Part shown: positions 1 through 9,405 of the stretch, one piece after another
Position numbering within the stretch: the first letter of the stretch is position 1
Layout: every line of letters starts with the position of its first letter
Source: an uncultured Kiritimatiellota bacterium
GTDB taxonomy: Bacteria > Verrucomicrobiota > Kiritimatiellia > RFP12 > DVOR01
Direction of reading: 5' to 3'
Length of the DNA: 64,000 bases
Assembly: GCA_944391085.1 (NCBI GenBank)
Contig: CALXSE010000002.1
Span: 81,929-145,928, forward strand
Translations under genes and position numbers: made by a program
The notes under the pieces: model-generated
The model's database searches: none
What the model was told of the DNA's origin: nothing
The model's input: only the letters and a program-made list of their open reading frames with translations

Positions 1-60
1 GTAGGGGTTGAGGAAGTAGAGCCAGAAGTCGAGAGCGAGGCGGGTTTCTTCTGCGTCCAT
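1..60 (-). CDS. 5' end of a gene running off the window (MDAEETRLALDFWLYFLNPY...); possibly signal peptidase I
   Basis: ATG at 60 overlaps the lepA stop (TGATG) and the frame is open to the window edge. The lepB identity is inferred only from common lepA-lepB synteny. Confidence 0.5.
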   Translation of the reverse strand, partial: MDAEETRLALDFWLYFLNPY

Positions 61-1883
61 CAATTGTCCTCCGAGGCGCCTTTGAGCACGGCGATGAAGG
101 CGGATTGGGGCACGTTGACGGTGCCGAACTCTTTCATGCGCTTTTTGCCTTCGGCCTGTTTCTTGAGGAGCTTTTGCTTTCGGGTGACATCGCCGCCGTA
201 GAGCTTTGCGGTGACGTCCTTGCGGAAGGGGCGGATGTCTTCACGGGCGATGATGGTACGGCCGATGCAGGCCTGCACGGGGATTTTGAACATGTGCGGG
301 GGGATGGTCTCGCTGAGGGCCTTGCACATTTGCTTGCCGCGGGCGACGGCTCGGTCGCGGTGAACCATGCAGGAGAAGGCGTCGACAGGCTCGCCGTTGA
401 GGAGGATGTCCAGGCGGACGATGTCGCTGGCCTGATAGCCGTGGGGCTCGTAGTCCATGGAGGCGTAGCCGCGGGAGATGGATTTGAGGGTGTCGTGGAA
501 ATCGATGAGGATTTCGTTGAGGGGGAGAATGCAGGTGAGGATGACGCGCTGGGCGTCGAGCGATTCGGTGGAGTCTACGATGCCGCGGCGCTCCATGACC
601 AGGCGCATGATGTCGCCGATGCAGGCGCTCATGGTGATGACGCGGGCCTTGATCATGGGCTCCTCGATCATCTCGATGCGGGTGGGGTCGGGAAGGAGGA
701 CGGGGTTGTCGATTTCCTGCACGGTGCCGTCTTTGAGGGTGACGCGGTAGACGACTGCGGGGTGGGTGTTGATGATGTCGAGCTGGAACTCGCGGCGGAG
801 GCGCTCTTGGACAACCTCCATGTGCAACAGGCCGAGGAACCCGCAGCGGAAACCAAAGCCGAGCGCGGCGGAGCTTTCGGCGTGGAAGGTGAAGGCTGAG
901 TCGTTGAGATGGAGCTTTTCGAGGCCGGCTCGGACCTTGTTGTATTCGTCGGTGCTGACGGGGTAGATGCCGCAGAAGACGGTGGGATGGATTTCCTTGA
1001 AGCCATGGAGGGGCGTCTGCGCGCCGTCGCGCTGGCTGGTGAGCGTGTCGCCGACCTTGATGTCGGAGGGATCCTTGATGGCGCCGACGATGTAACCGAC
1101 CTGGCCGGGCTCAAGGACGTCGACGGGCTTTTGCGAGGGGGAGAAGATGCCGACCTCCTTGACGGGGGTGGTGAGCCCGGTGGACATGAATTTGAGGGCG
1201 TCGCCCGCGCGGATGGCGCCGTCGACGACGCGGACATAGGTGATGACACCGCGATAGACGTCGAAGACGGAGTCGAAGACAAGCGCACGGAGCGGGCCGG
1301 CAAGGTGCTCGGATTTGGGCGCGGGGACGCGGCGGACGATTTCCTCGAGGACTTCCGGGACCCCGACGCCGGTCTTGGCGGAGATGAGCAGAGGCGGATC
1401 GACGGGGATGCCGAGGACGTCCTCGATTTGGTGGATGACGCCGGGGACGTCGGCGCTGGGGAGGTCGACCTTGTTCAGCACCGGGATGATCTCGAGGTTC
1501 GCGTCAATGGCGAGGTAGGCGTTGGCGACGGTCTGGGCCTCGACGCCCTGGGCGGCGTCGACGACGAGGATGGCGCCCTCGCAGGCGCCCATGGCGCGGC
1601 TGACCTCATAGGCGAAGTCGACGTGGCCGGGGGTGTCGATGAGGTTGAAGCGATAACGCTTGCCGTCTTTGGCGGTATAGGCCATCGTGACGGGGTGGCT
1701 TTTGATGGTGATGCCGCGCTCGCGCTCCAAATCCATCGCGTCGAGCGTCTGCTCTTTCAATTGACGCGGGTCAATGGCCTTCGTCAGCTCCAAAATCCTG
1801 TCCGAAAGCGTCGTTTTGCCGTGGTCGATGTGCGCGATGATGCAGAAGTTGCGCGTCTGTTCCAGCTTTTTGCCATAGTCCAT
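60..1883 (-). CDS. lepA: Translation elongation factor 4 (LepA)
   Basis: RNFCIIAHIDHGKTTL, ERERGITIK, DTPGHVDF, NKVD and C-terminal KLYGGDVTRKQKLL. Start set at MDYGKK (1883), directly downstream of a TGGTAAAAT promoter. Confidence 0.97.
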   Translation of the reverse strand: MDYGKKLEQTRNFCIIAHIDHGKTTLSDRILELTKAIDPRQLKEQTLDAMDLERERGITIKSHPVTMAYTAKDGKRYRFNLIDTPGHVDFAYEVSRAMGACEGAILVVDAAQGVEAQTVANAYLAIDANLEIIPVLNKVDLPSADVPGVIHQIEDVLGIPVDPPLLISAKTGVGVPEVLEEIVRRVPAPKSEHLAGPLRALVFDSVFDVYRGVITYVRVVDGAIRAGDALKFMSTGLTTPVKEVGIFSPSQKPVDVLEPGQVGYIVGAIKDPSDIKVGDTLTSQRDGAQTPLHGFKEIHPTVFCGIYPVSTDEYNKVRAGLEKLHLNDSAFTFHAESSAALGFGFRCGFLGLLHMEVVQERLRREFQLDIINTHPAVVYRVTLKDGTVQEIDNPVLLPDPTRIEMIEEPMIKARVITMSACIGDIMRLVMERRGIVDSTESLDAQRVILTCILPLNEILIDFHDTLKSISRGYASMDYEPHGYQASDIVRLDILLNGEPVDAFSCMVHRDRAVARGKQMCKALSETIPPHMFKIPVQACIGRTIIAREDIRPFRKDVTAKLYGGDVTRKQKLLKKQAEGKKRMKEFGTVNVPQSAFIAVLKGASEDN

Positions 1884-1890
1884 GCGCCTC

Positions 1891-1899
1891 ATTTTACCA
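1891..1899 (-). promoter_or_regulatory. Extended -10 promoter (TGGTAAAAT) for lepA, probably leaderless
   Basis: TGnTAnnnT motif 7 nt before the ATG at 1883. Confidence 0.6.
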
Positions 1900-1959
1900 T
1901 AACTGGACACCCGTCGGGTGCTTTTGATAGACTTACGATAACCAACGAAAAGGAAACGT

Positions 1960-3156
1960 ATGAAAAAGTCTTTGCTCTTCGCCGCACTTTTCGCACTCAC
2001 TGCGCCGCTTGCCGCGCAGCCCGCCCTCGGCCGCGTGCCGGCAGACGCCGACCTTGTGTGCGTCAGCGTCAGCGATCCTGCCCTGGACGCCGCCATTCAG
2101 AAGGCATGGCAGCCGTCCTTTGACAAAGTCGGCCTCACCAAGGACGAGCAGCAAAAGGCACGGGAGGAGCTTTTTGGAAAGTGCCCGCAGCTTGAACCCT
2201 TCCTGAAGGCCGCCTTCGGGTACAACGACGACTTCACCGTGTCCTCCGCAACCGGGTGTCTCGTCAGCGCCAAACTCCCGACATTCGAAGGCGAGACCAA
2301 AACCCCCAGAGATTATTGGATGTACCTCTTTGTCGACAACCCCAAGGCCGACCTCCCGGCGATGGAAAAACTCGCACGCGAGGGAATCGCCGAGCACTTC
2401 TCCGACAAGGTGCGCTTGGAGAAACGCGGCGATTGGTGCGTCCTGAAGCCCATGGGCAACGGACTTGATGACCTCCCCTTCCTTGGGTGGCGCGGCGTCG
2501 AGGGCGGTTGGGTCGTCGCCATTGCGGAGACCCAAGCCAAGGCCGACGCCTTCCTCGCCGGGAAGACGCCAACCCTCCAGGCCGGGGACAAGCTGGCCGA
2601 GGCCTTCAAGGCTCCCGTCCAAGATGCGTACCGGAGCTCCGTCATCGTCAAGGATGTCTCCGGCCTCATCGAGCGTTACCTTGCCGACGAGCCGAACGCG
2701 CGCCAACAGCTTATGATGGCTGCCAACTGGCTCTTCAAGACCTCCGCCCTTCGGTATGATTTCCTCACCACGGCCGACCGTTGTACCTTCGCCCTTACCC
2801 TTGAGGCGCCAGACGCCGAAACCGCCGCGCTCCTGCGCGACCAGCTCGTGACGTTCAAGGTCATGCTCGGCCAGATGATCATCCCCATGGCCCTGCAAAA
2901 AGCCGACTCCGCCTTTGCCAAGCTCATCGGCGCCACCGAGGTCACGCTCACCGGCAACGCCGCCACCGCCACCCTTTCCATCTCGCCTGACCAGTTTGCC
3001 GCCGCCCTCGCCGAAATCAAGGCGTTTCAGGAGCGTCTGCAGGCCGAAACCGCCCAGCAGGCAACGCCCTGGGAGGACGATGCCGAAGAATCGCTCGAGC
3101 CCATGAGCGAGGAAGAGGCCAAGGCCATCCTCGACGGGCTTGAACTCGATGACTGA
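1960..3156 (+). CDS. Hypothetical exported protein (paralog 1)
   Basis: SD-like AAGGA; signal peptide MKKSLLFAALFALTAPLAA; acidic C-terminus; similar to the next gene. Confidence 0.8.
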   Translation: MKKSLLFAALFALTAPLAAQPALGRVPADADLVCVSVSDPALDAAIQKAWQPSFDKVGLTKDEQQKAREELFGKCPQLEPFLKAAFGYNDDFTVSSATGCLVSAKLPTFEGETKTPRDYWMYLFVDNPKADLPAMEKLAREGIAEHFSDKVRLEKRGDWCVLKPMGNGLDDLPFLGWRGVEGGWVVAIAETQAKADAFLAGKTPTLQAGDKLAEAFKAPVQDAYRSSVIVKDVSGLIERYLADEPNARQQLMMAANWLFKTSALRYDFLTTADRCTFALTLEAPDAETAALLRDQLVTFKVMLGQMIIPMALQKADSAFAKLIGATEVTLTGNAATATLSISPDQFAAALAEIKAFQERLQAETAQQATPWEDDAEESLEPMSEEEAKAILDGLELDD

Positions 3157-3171
3157 AAAAGGAACACGCCC

Positions 3172-4296
3172 ATGAAAACCTTTGTCTGTTCCGCCCTGAT
3201 CGCCGCCCTCGCACCGTTCGCCTGGTCTGCGCCCAATCCCCTCCGCGTCCTGCCAAAGACGGAAATCCTCGCGCTCTTTGACCGCACGGACGACCTCGCC
3301 GCCGCGCTCAAAGTCTGGCGCGACGCCTATGAGCAGGCCGGCCTGGTCAGCGGCGCCGATGATCGCCTCGTTGATGACTGCACGGATGAGGTGATGGCGC
3401 TCGTGTTTGGCCTTTCCGAAGACGGCAAAACCATGTCCGCAAAGTCCATCACCTGCGTTCTCACGCTTCCGGAGGATCGCGCCGCCCTCATCTGCTTCGG
3501 CAAGGAGGGCACCAAATGCCCCAAAGGGTTCGGCTGGTACGTCGCCGTGGAGAACCCGAAAGTCGACCTTGCCGCCCTTGAGGCCTTAAGCCGCAAACGG
3601 CTCAAGGCGGACGAGGAGGCCCTTGTCATGGACGGCGAATGGCTCACGATCCAGTCGCCGGCGGATCCCACTTTCGTTGGGTGGCGCGCCATCGACGAAG
3701 GCCTCGGCTTTGCCATTTGCGCAGACCGCGCGGAGGCCGACGCCGCCTTTGCCAACCCCACCGCCCCAAGCGGCCTCCTCGCCGAATCGCTCAAGGCGCC
3801 CAACACGCAAGGCCCCTGGGCCCGCATCGTCTTCCCGGACGTCCAGGCGCTTGTCGACTGTTTCATCCAGACGCCCGAGGATCGCCAACAGCTGGCCATT
3901 CAGGCGCCCGGACTCGACCAGCTCCGCGCCGCCACCCTCACCGCCTCCTTCAAGCCCGACGGTACCTTCCGCCTCGGCATCGCCCTCGAGGCCGCCGACG
4001 CCGAGGCCGCCCAGCTCCTGCGCGACCAGCTCATCGCCCTCAAGACCCTCTACGGCCAGATGATGCTCCCCATGCTCACCGGCCTGCCCGATTCCAAGGC
4101 CGCCGACCTCGTTCGCCGCGTCGCCGTCGGCACCGCGGGCGCCTCCGCCACCCTCGACTTCACCCTCACCCCCGCCGAGGCCATCGCCGCCGCCAAGGAG
4201 CTCCAGGCCGCCCGCCAAAAGGCCAAGCCCGCCCTTTCCGGCACCTCCGGCGACCCCTTTGAGGACGACACCCTCCACTTCGGCGACAAGCCCTGA
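3172..4296 (+). CDS. Hypothetical exported protein (paralog 2)
   Basis: SD-like AAGGA; signal peptide MKTFVCSALIAALAPFAWS; shares NPKxDL, GWR and LLRDQL...GQM blocks with 1960-3156. Confidence 0.8.
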   Translation: MKTFVCSALIAALAPFAWSAPNPLRVLPKTEILALFDRTDDLAAALKVWRDAYEQAGLVSGADDRLVDDCTDEVMALVFGLSEDGKTMSAKSITCVLTLPEDRAALICFGKEGTKCPKGFGWYVAVENPKVDLAALEALSRKRLKADEEALVMDGEWLTIQSPADPTFVGWRAIDEGLGFAICADRAEADAAFANPTAPSGLLAESLKAPNTQGPWARIVFPDVQALVDCFIQTPEDRQQLAIQAPGLDQLRAATLTASFKPDGTFRLGIALEAADAEAAQLLRDQLIALKTLYGQMMLPMLTGLPDSKAADLVRRVAVGTAGASATLDFTLTPAEAIAAAKELQAARQKAKPALSGTSGDPFEDDTLHFGDKP

Positions 4297-4310
4297 ACGA
4301 AGGTGGCACG

Positions 4311-5795
4311 ATGCTCTCCAGGCGCGCATTTTTGGCGACGTGCGGGCTGACGCTGGCGGGGTGTGCCGCCGTGGGGAAGCCGCGCGCGCGGCCCAACCTG
4401 GTGCTCGTCTTCCCAGACCAGATGCGCGCGCAGTCGATGGGCTTCATGGGCGGCGACGCCGTGCGCACGCCGCGCCTGGACGCCTTCGCCGAGCAATCCC
4501 GCGTCTTCACCCAGGCCGTCAGCAATTACCCCGTCTGCAGCCCCTTCCGGGCCATTCTCATGTCCGGCGCGCTCCCGTGGGTCAGCGGCGTCACGGGCAA
4601 CTGTTTCTCCACCGAGGACAGGCGCGGGCCAGAGCTTCGTGCCGACCTGACCTGCTGGTCGGATGTTTTGGCGCGGGCGGGCTATGACCTCTGCTACATC
4701 GGCAAATGGCACCTTGACGCGCCCCATCGCCCCTGGGTGCCGACTGCCAACAACCGCGGCGTCAAGAAATGGAACGAATGGTGCCCGCCCGCGCGGCGCC
4801 ATGGATTCAATCGCTGGTATGCCTATGGCACCTACGACGACCATCTCCGCCCAATGTATTGGGACACCGGGGCTGGGCGCGACGGATTCCGTTACGTCGA
4901 TGCCTGGGGCCCCGAGCATGAGGCCGACCGCGCCATCGCCTTCCTGCGTGAGACGAAGGGGCCCTTCGCCCTTGTCGTCTCCATGAATCCGCCGCACACC
5001 GGCTACGCGCTCGTCCCGGAGCGTTACAAGCGGCATTACGCCGAACTTGACCCAACCGCGCTCGCCTCGGGCGACTATCCGCCTAAGGGCACCCCGATGG
5101 GCGACCATTTCCGTGAAAGCATCGGGCTCTATCTCGCCGCCGTGGAGGGGGTCGACGAGCAGTTCGGCCGCATTCTGGACGCACTCGATGAGGGTGGCCA
5201 TGCCGAGGACACCATCGTCCTCTTCTGCTCAGACCATGGTTGCTGCCTTGGCGCTCACGGACTGCCCGCCAAAAACAACCCCTTCGAGGAATCCATGCGC
5301 ATCCCCTGCCTGATCCGTTGGCCCGGGCACATCGCCCCGGGGCAAGACGCCGGGCTCGTGGACGCCTTTGACCTCGCCCCCACCCTGCTCGGCCTTCTGG
5401 GGCAGCCCATCCCAGCGCACATGGGCGGCCGAAACCTTGCGCCCTATCTGCTTGGACAGCTCGGCGCAGACCTTTCCGAACCCCGCCTTTACTTCTACCT
5501 TACCGCCGGCGCGGCTGTTGACGCGTTCCCCACCCTGCCCGTTCCCCTAGGCCCCGAAGCGCCGCAGGGCGAATTCCCCTCCGGCAAGCGCGGCCTGCGC
5601 GGCGCCGCGATCAAGTCGGCCTTTGTCTACGATGCCGCGACCCGCACCCTCGGCGCCGCGCTCTGGGATCTCGCCGCAGACCCGTACGAGACACGTAACC
5701 TCGCCGCCGAGCGTCCGGACCTCCTGGCCGCCCAACGCGCCGCGCTCAAATCCCGGCTCGCCGCCATCGGCGATCTCTTCGCACGACTGTTGTGA
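4311..5795 (+). CDS. Tat-exported Cys-type sulfatase (possible lipoprotein)
   Basis: SRRAFL Tat motif, LAGC lipobox, PNLVLVFPDQ, CSPFR formylglycine motif, GKWHL, SDHG. Confidence 0.92.
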   Translation: MLSRRAFLATCGLTLAGCAAVGKPRARPNLVLVFPDQMRAQSMGFMGGDAVRTPRLDAFAEQSRVFTQAVSNYPVCSPFRAILMSGALPWVSGVTGNCFSTEDRRGPELRADLTCWSDVLARAGYDLCYIGKWHLDAPHRPWVPTANNRGVKKWNEWCPPARRHGFNRWYAYGTYDDHLRPMYWDTGAGRDGFRYVDAWGPEHEADRAIAFLRETKGPFALVVSMNPPHTGYALVPERYKRHYAELDPTALASGDYPPKGTPMGDHFRESIGLYLAAVEGVDEQFGRILDALDEGGHAEDTIVLFCSDHGCCLGAHGLPAKNNPFEESMRIPCLIRWPGHIAPGQDAGLVDAFDLAPTLLGLLGQPIPAHMGGRNLAPYLLGQLGADLSEPRLYFYLTAGAAVDAFPTLPVPLGPEAPQGEFPSGKRGLRGAAIKSAFVYDAATRTLGAALWDLAADPYETRNLAAERPDLLAAQRAALKSRLAAIGDLFARLL

Positions 5796-5796
5796 T

Positions 5797-6393
5797 ATGA
5801 ACGAAATCCTTCCCAACGTCATCGAGCTCAAAGAGGGCGACCACGTCTTCCCGCTCCGAGACCTTGTCCCAGAAGGCACGCCGCTGGAGATTGAGATCGG
5901 CTGCGGCAGCGGCCGTTTCATCGCCGCAAACGCCGCCAAACGCCCGGAAGTCCGCTTTCTTGCCGTCGAGCGCATGATGGAGCGCCTCCGCCGCTGCTCC
6001 AGGAAGGCCCGGCAAGGCGCGCTCCACAACCTCACCTTTGTCCGCGTCGAAGCCGGGCGTTTCGTGCGCGAGCTTCTGCCAAACGCCTGCTGCCAGGCCC
6101 TTTACCTCTTTTTCCCAGACCCGTGGCCCAAGCGCCGCCACCACAAAAACCGCTTTTTCAGGAAAGAGATGTGCGACGTTCTCGCCCGCATCCTCGTCCC
6201 CGGCGGGGCCTTCTATCTCTCTACCGACCACGAGGATTACTTCCTCGAGGTACGCAACTGGCTCGCCGCCGACCCGCGCTTCGAGCCAATCGCGCCCCTT
6301 GTCCGCCCCGAAGACGAGCAGACGGACTTTGAACGCCTCTTCCTCTCCAAGGGCGACCCCATCCACGACTGCGCCTTCCGCCTCAAGCCATGA
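5797..6393 (+). CDS. trmB: tRNA (guanine-N7)-methyltransferase
   Basis: LEIEIGCGSG, FPDPWPKRRHHKNR, STDHEDY, TDFE. Confidence 0.93.
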   Translation: MNEILPNVIELKEGDHVFPLRDLVPEGTPLEIEIGCGSGRFIAANAAKRPEVRFLAVERMMERLRRCSRKARQGALHNLTFVRVEAGRFVRELLPNACCQALYLFFPDPWPKRRHHKNRFFRKEMCDVLARILVPGGAFYLSTDHEDYFLEVRNWLAADPRFEPIAPLVRPEDEQTDFERLFLSKGDPIHDCAFRLKP

Positions 6394-7217
6394 TCCGCAT
6401 CGATTTCCATGCCCACGCCTTCTCGGCCCACACCGCGCCGAAGGTGCTCTCCGGTCTTGTGGCCCTGGCCCACCGCACCTGCCCCGGCTTTGCCCCGCAT
6501 GGCGACGGCACCGTGGCCGACCTCATCCGCGCCGAACGCGAGGCGGGCTTTGACCGTTTCGCCATCTGCAACATCGCCACCCGCCCGGAACACCATGCCT
6601 ATATGGCCAAGTTCCTTGCCAACCTGCGCGCCGGCGCGATGGGCGAGGAAGCCCGAAGCCGCATTATCCCCTGTGTCTCCCTCCACCCGTACGACCCGGA
6701 CGCCGCCGCGCACCTCAAGGCCCTCATCGCCCTCGGCGCCCGTATGGTCAAGCTCCACCCCTATTCCCAAAACCTTCCCCTCGACGATCCCGCCTTCATC
6801 CGCCTCCTCTCCCTTTGCCGCGACGCAGGGCTCCCCGTCCTCTGCCACACCGGGCACGACATCACCGCGGGAGAGGACGACCTCGCGGGGCCTCGCCTCA
6901 TCGTGCGCGCCCTCGATGCCGTCCCTGGCCTGAAACTCGTCTGCGCGCACTGCGCCGCGTGGCGCCACCCCGAGACGCTCGATCTGCTCCTTGGCCGGCC
7001 CGTCGGCGTCGACCTCGCCTTTCAGCCGGCCACGGGCGTCGAACCCATCATCCGGCGTTTCGCCGCCGAACACCCGCAGGAGCACCTCTATTTCGGTAGC
7101 GATTGGCCATGGGCCTCTCCGGCCGAGCATGCCGCGCGCATCGCTTCCTGGGGGCTTCCCCAGGACAGGCTTGAGGCCATCTTCGGCGGGAACGCCGCCC
7201 GCCTTCTTTCCCTCTGA
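6390..7217 (+). CDS. Amidohydrolase-family (TIM-barrel) metal-dependent hydrolase
   Basis: IDFHAH, KLHP, HTG, AH and FGSDWP motifs; ATGA overlap with trmB. Confidence 0.85.
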   Translation: MIRIDFHAHAFSAHTAPKVLSGLVALAHRTCPGFAPHGDGTVADLIRAEREAGFDRFAICNIATRPEHHAYMAKFLANLRAGAMGEEARSRIIPCVSLHPYDPDAAAHLKALIALGARMVKLHPYSQNLPLDDPAFIRLLSLCRDAGLPVLCHTGHDITAGEDDLAGPRLIVRALDAVPGLKLVCAHCAAWRHPETLDLLLGRPVGVDLAFQPATGVEPIIRRFAAEHPQEHLYFGSDWPWASPAEHAARIASWGLPQDRLEAIFGGNAARLLSL

Positions 7218-7298
7218 CCGGCCCCTCCCCTGCCCGAGCGCCCGAAAAGGCGGCAAAAGGCGAGGTGCGCCTCCTCCCCCTACGCCCGCATGAAGAGC

Positions 7299-8087
7299 TC
7301 AGCGCCCGGCGAGAAAAGCCTCGGCGTTTGCCGAAGTCACCCCGGCCAGTTCGTCGACGGGCATTTGACGGCACTTGGCCAGGGCACGCAGAATAAGGGG
7401 AAGATTGGCGGGGCTGTTGAGAAGGGCGTGATATTGCCCAAGGACCAGCGGCTCCCCGCCGATGGGGAAGAGGTCCGGGGAATCCGTCTCAACCAGAAGA
7501 CGCTCCAGCGGGATGGCGGCGGCGAGGCGCGGAAGCGTCCGCGCACCGGGGGAAAGAAGCGCACCGCCGACGCCAAACCAGACATTGGGACGGCGGAGGA
7601 TGGGATGCGCCAGAAGATCCGGGGAGAAGGAGACGCCATGGAGAAAGATGGCCGGGAGGCGCGCGGCCCACGGCTCCAGCGCCCGAAGGAGGGCGCCCCA
7701 GGCCCGCGCGCCATGGAGGACGACCGGGCGCCCCAGGCGGGCGGCCAGGGCGAGCTGGGCGTCAAGCGCGGCACGCTGGGCGGCGCCGCCATCAAGGGGA
7801 CGGCGGATGCCGTCAAGGCCAATCTCGCCGACGATGGCCGCGGGATCGGCGCGAAGGGCGCCGGTCAGGAACTCAAGCCAATCCGGGCAGGCCGTGGCGA
7901 CGTGCCACGGGTGGAGGCCGAACCCGGTGGCGACGCGCAAGGCACACCGCACTTCCACATTCCACTCCTCCGGGCGCGAGGCGCAGTCGATGCACGCAGT
8001 GACGCCGGCCTCGAGGGCCTCCTTGACAAAGCGGGCGTGGTAAGGCAGAATGCGCGCGTCGCGGAGGTGGAGGTGGGCGTCGAACAT
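7299..8087 (-). CDS. TatD-family hydrolase/deoxyribonuclease
   Basis: FDAHLHL, GLHPW, VGEIGLD, LLVETDSP. Confidence 0.9.
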   Translation of the reverse strand: MFDAHLHLRDARILPYHARFVKEALEAGVTACIDCASRPEEWNVEVRCALRVATGFGLHPWHVATACPDWLEFLTGALRADPAAIVGEIGLDGIRRPLDGGAAQRAALDAQLALAARLGRPVVLHGARAWGALLRALEPWAARLPAIFLHGVSFSPDLLAHPILRRPNVWFGVGGALLSPGARTLPRLAAAIPLERLLVETDSPDLFPIGGEPLVLGQYHALLNSPANLPLILRALAKCRQMPVDELAGVTSANAEAFLAGR

Positions 8088-8108
8088 GAGCGCGGAAGAA
8101 AGCCCCTC

Positions 8109-9269
8109 TTAGGGCCAGAAGACCTTGGGCGCAGGGCTGAGGCGAACATCTTCCGCAGAAGGGAGCGCGGCATAACGCGCGAGCATCTCATCAAGGCTGT
8201 CGCCGCCGAGCTTCTCGGTGAGGGCGGCGGCAAGCTCGATGAGCAGGACGCTCTCGAGGACGACGCAGGCGCGGGGGACGGGGCAGGTGTCGGAGCGCTC
8301 GTAGGCGGTCTGGGCGGCCTCGTGCGTGGCGAGGTCGACGCTCCGTTGGGGGGCCAAGGTGGTGGGGATGGGCTTCATCGCGGCGCGCACGACGAGGGGC
8401 TGGCCAGTGGTGATGCCGCCCTCCAGCCCGCCGGCGCGGTCGGTGGGCCGAAAGATGCGGCCGCCCTCATCGAGGACGATGGGGTCGTGGCAGGCGCTGC
8501 CCTCAAGGGCGGCGTTGGCAAAGGCGTCGGCGAAGGCCACGCCCTTGATGGCATTGACGGAGAGAACCGCCGCGCCGAGGCGGGCGTCGAGGCGGCGCCC
8601 GGGGGTGACGTAGGAGCCGAGACCGACGGGCAGCCCGTCGACGACGCAGACGATGAGCCCGCCGAGAGTCTCACCCTTGGAACGGGCGATGTGGATGGCA
8701 TTGGCGTAGGCATCCTCCTGCGCCTGGGAAGGCGCCCGACTGGGGGAACGCCCGGCGAAGGCAAGCGCCTCGCGCAACGGCGTGACGGCCTCGGGGACGG
8801 CGCCAAGCGCGGCGACGTAAGAGGAGGCAGCGATGCCAAACCGGCCCAGGAAGGCCCGCGCGATGGCACCGACTGCGACGCGACAGGCTGTCTCGCGGGC
8901 GCTGGAACGCTCAAGGGCGGGGCGGATGTCGTCGAAGCCGTATTTGACGCACGCTGCAAGGTCGGCATGGCCGGGGCGGGCGACGGTGTAGGCGGGGACG
9001 GGCTTGCCTTTCCAGGCGGCGTGGTCGCGGTTTGGGATGGAGAGGGCGATGGGCGCGCCGGTGGTGCGCCCCGCCATGACGCCGGCAAGGATGGCGGCGC
9101 GATCGGTCTCGATATCCATGCGGCCGCCGGCGCCGGCCTTGAGCTGGCGCCGGGCGAGGTCGGCGGCAAGAAGGTCTTCGTCAAGGGGAAGCCCGGCGGG
9201 GACGCCCTCGACGATGACGGTGAGGGCGGGCCCGTGGGATTCGCCTGCGGAGAGGTAACGGAAGGCCAT
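8109..9269 (-). CDS. aroC: Chorismate synthase
   Basis: AGESHG, RPGHAD, ERSSARET, GGLEGGITTG, MKPIPT, ERSD. Confidence 0.96.
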   Translation of the reverse strand: MAFRYLSAGESHGPALTVIVEGVPAGLPLDEDLLAADLARRQLKAGAGGRMDIETDRAAILAGVMAGRTTGAPIALSIPNRDHAAWKGKPVPAYTVARPGHADLAACVKYGFDDIRPALERSSARETACRVAVGAIARAFLGRFGIAASSYVAALGAVPEAVTPLREALAFAGRSPSRAPSQAQEDAYANAIHIARSKGETLGGLIVCVVDGLPVGLGSYVTPGRRLDARLGAAVLSVNAIKGVAFADAFANAALEGSACHDPIVLDEGGRIFRPTDRAGGLEGGITTGQPLVVRAAMKPIPTTLAPQRSVDLATHEAAQTAYERSDTCPVPRACVVLESVLLIELAAALTEKLGGDSLDEMLARYAALPSAEDVRLSPAPKVFWP

Positions 9270-9281
9270 TGCGCGGACTCC

Positions 9282-9404
9282 TTAGCGGTGCGCAAGCACG
9301 CCCGCCCAGGCGGCTGCCAGGAGGAGCGTGACAAGCACCCGGATGGCGCGGAGCCGTTCCGGGTCGTGGATTGCGATGAGGTGGGCGTAAAGGTGGCGAA
9401 GCAC
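9282..9404 (-). CDS. Putative 40-aa single-TM small protein
   Basis: GTG start 1 nt after the lpxD stop with GGAGG 9 nt upstream; hydrophobic VLVTLLLAAAWAGVLA; its stop overlaps the aroC SD (TAAGGAG). Confidence 0.55.
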   Translation of the reverse strand: MLRHLYAHLIAIHDPERLRAIRVLVTLLLAAAWAGVLAHR

Positions 9405-9405
9405 C

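Noticed and set aside
1884-2096. N-terminal extension of the lepA ORF (similar extensions on lpxD, lacZ, ExbB, argS, GtrA)
   Set aside because: Runs through promoters or neighbouring genes; family motifs and start signals begin at the downstream starts.
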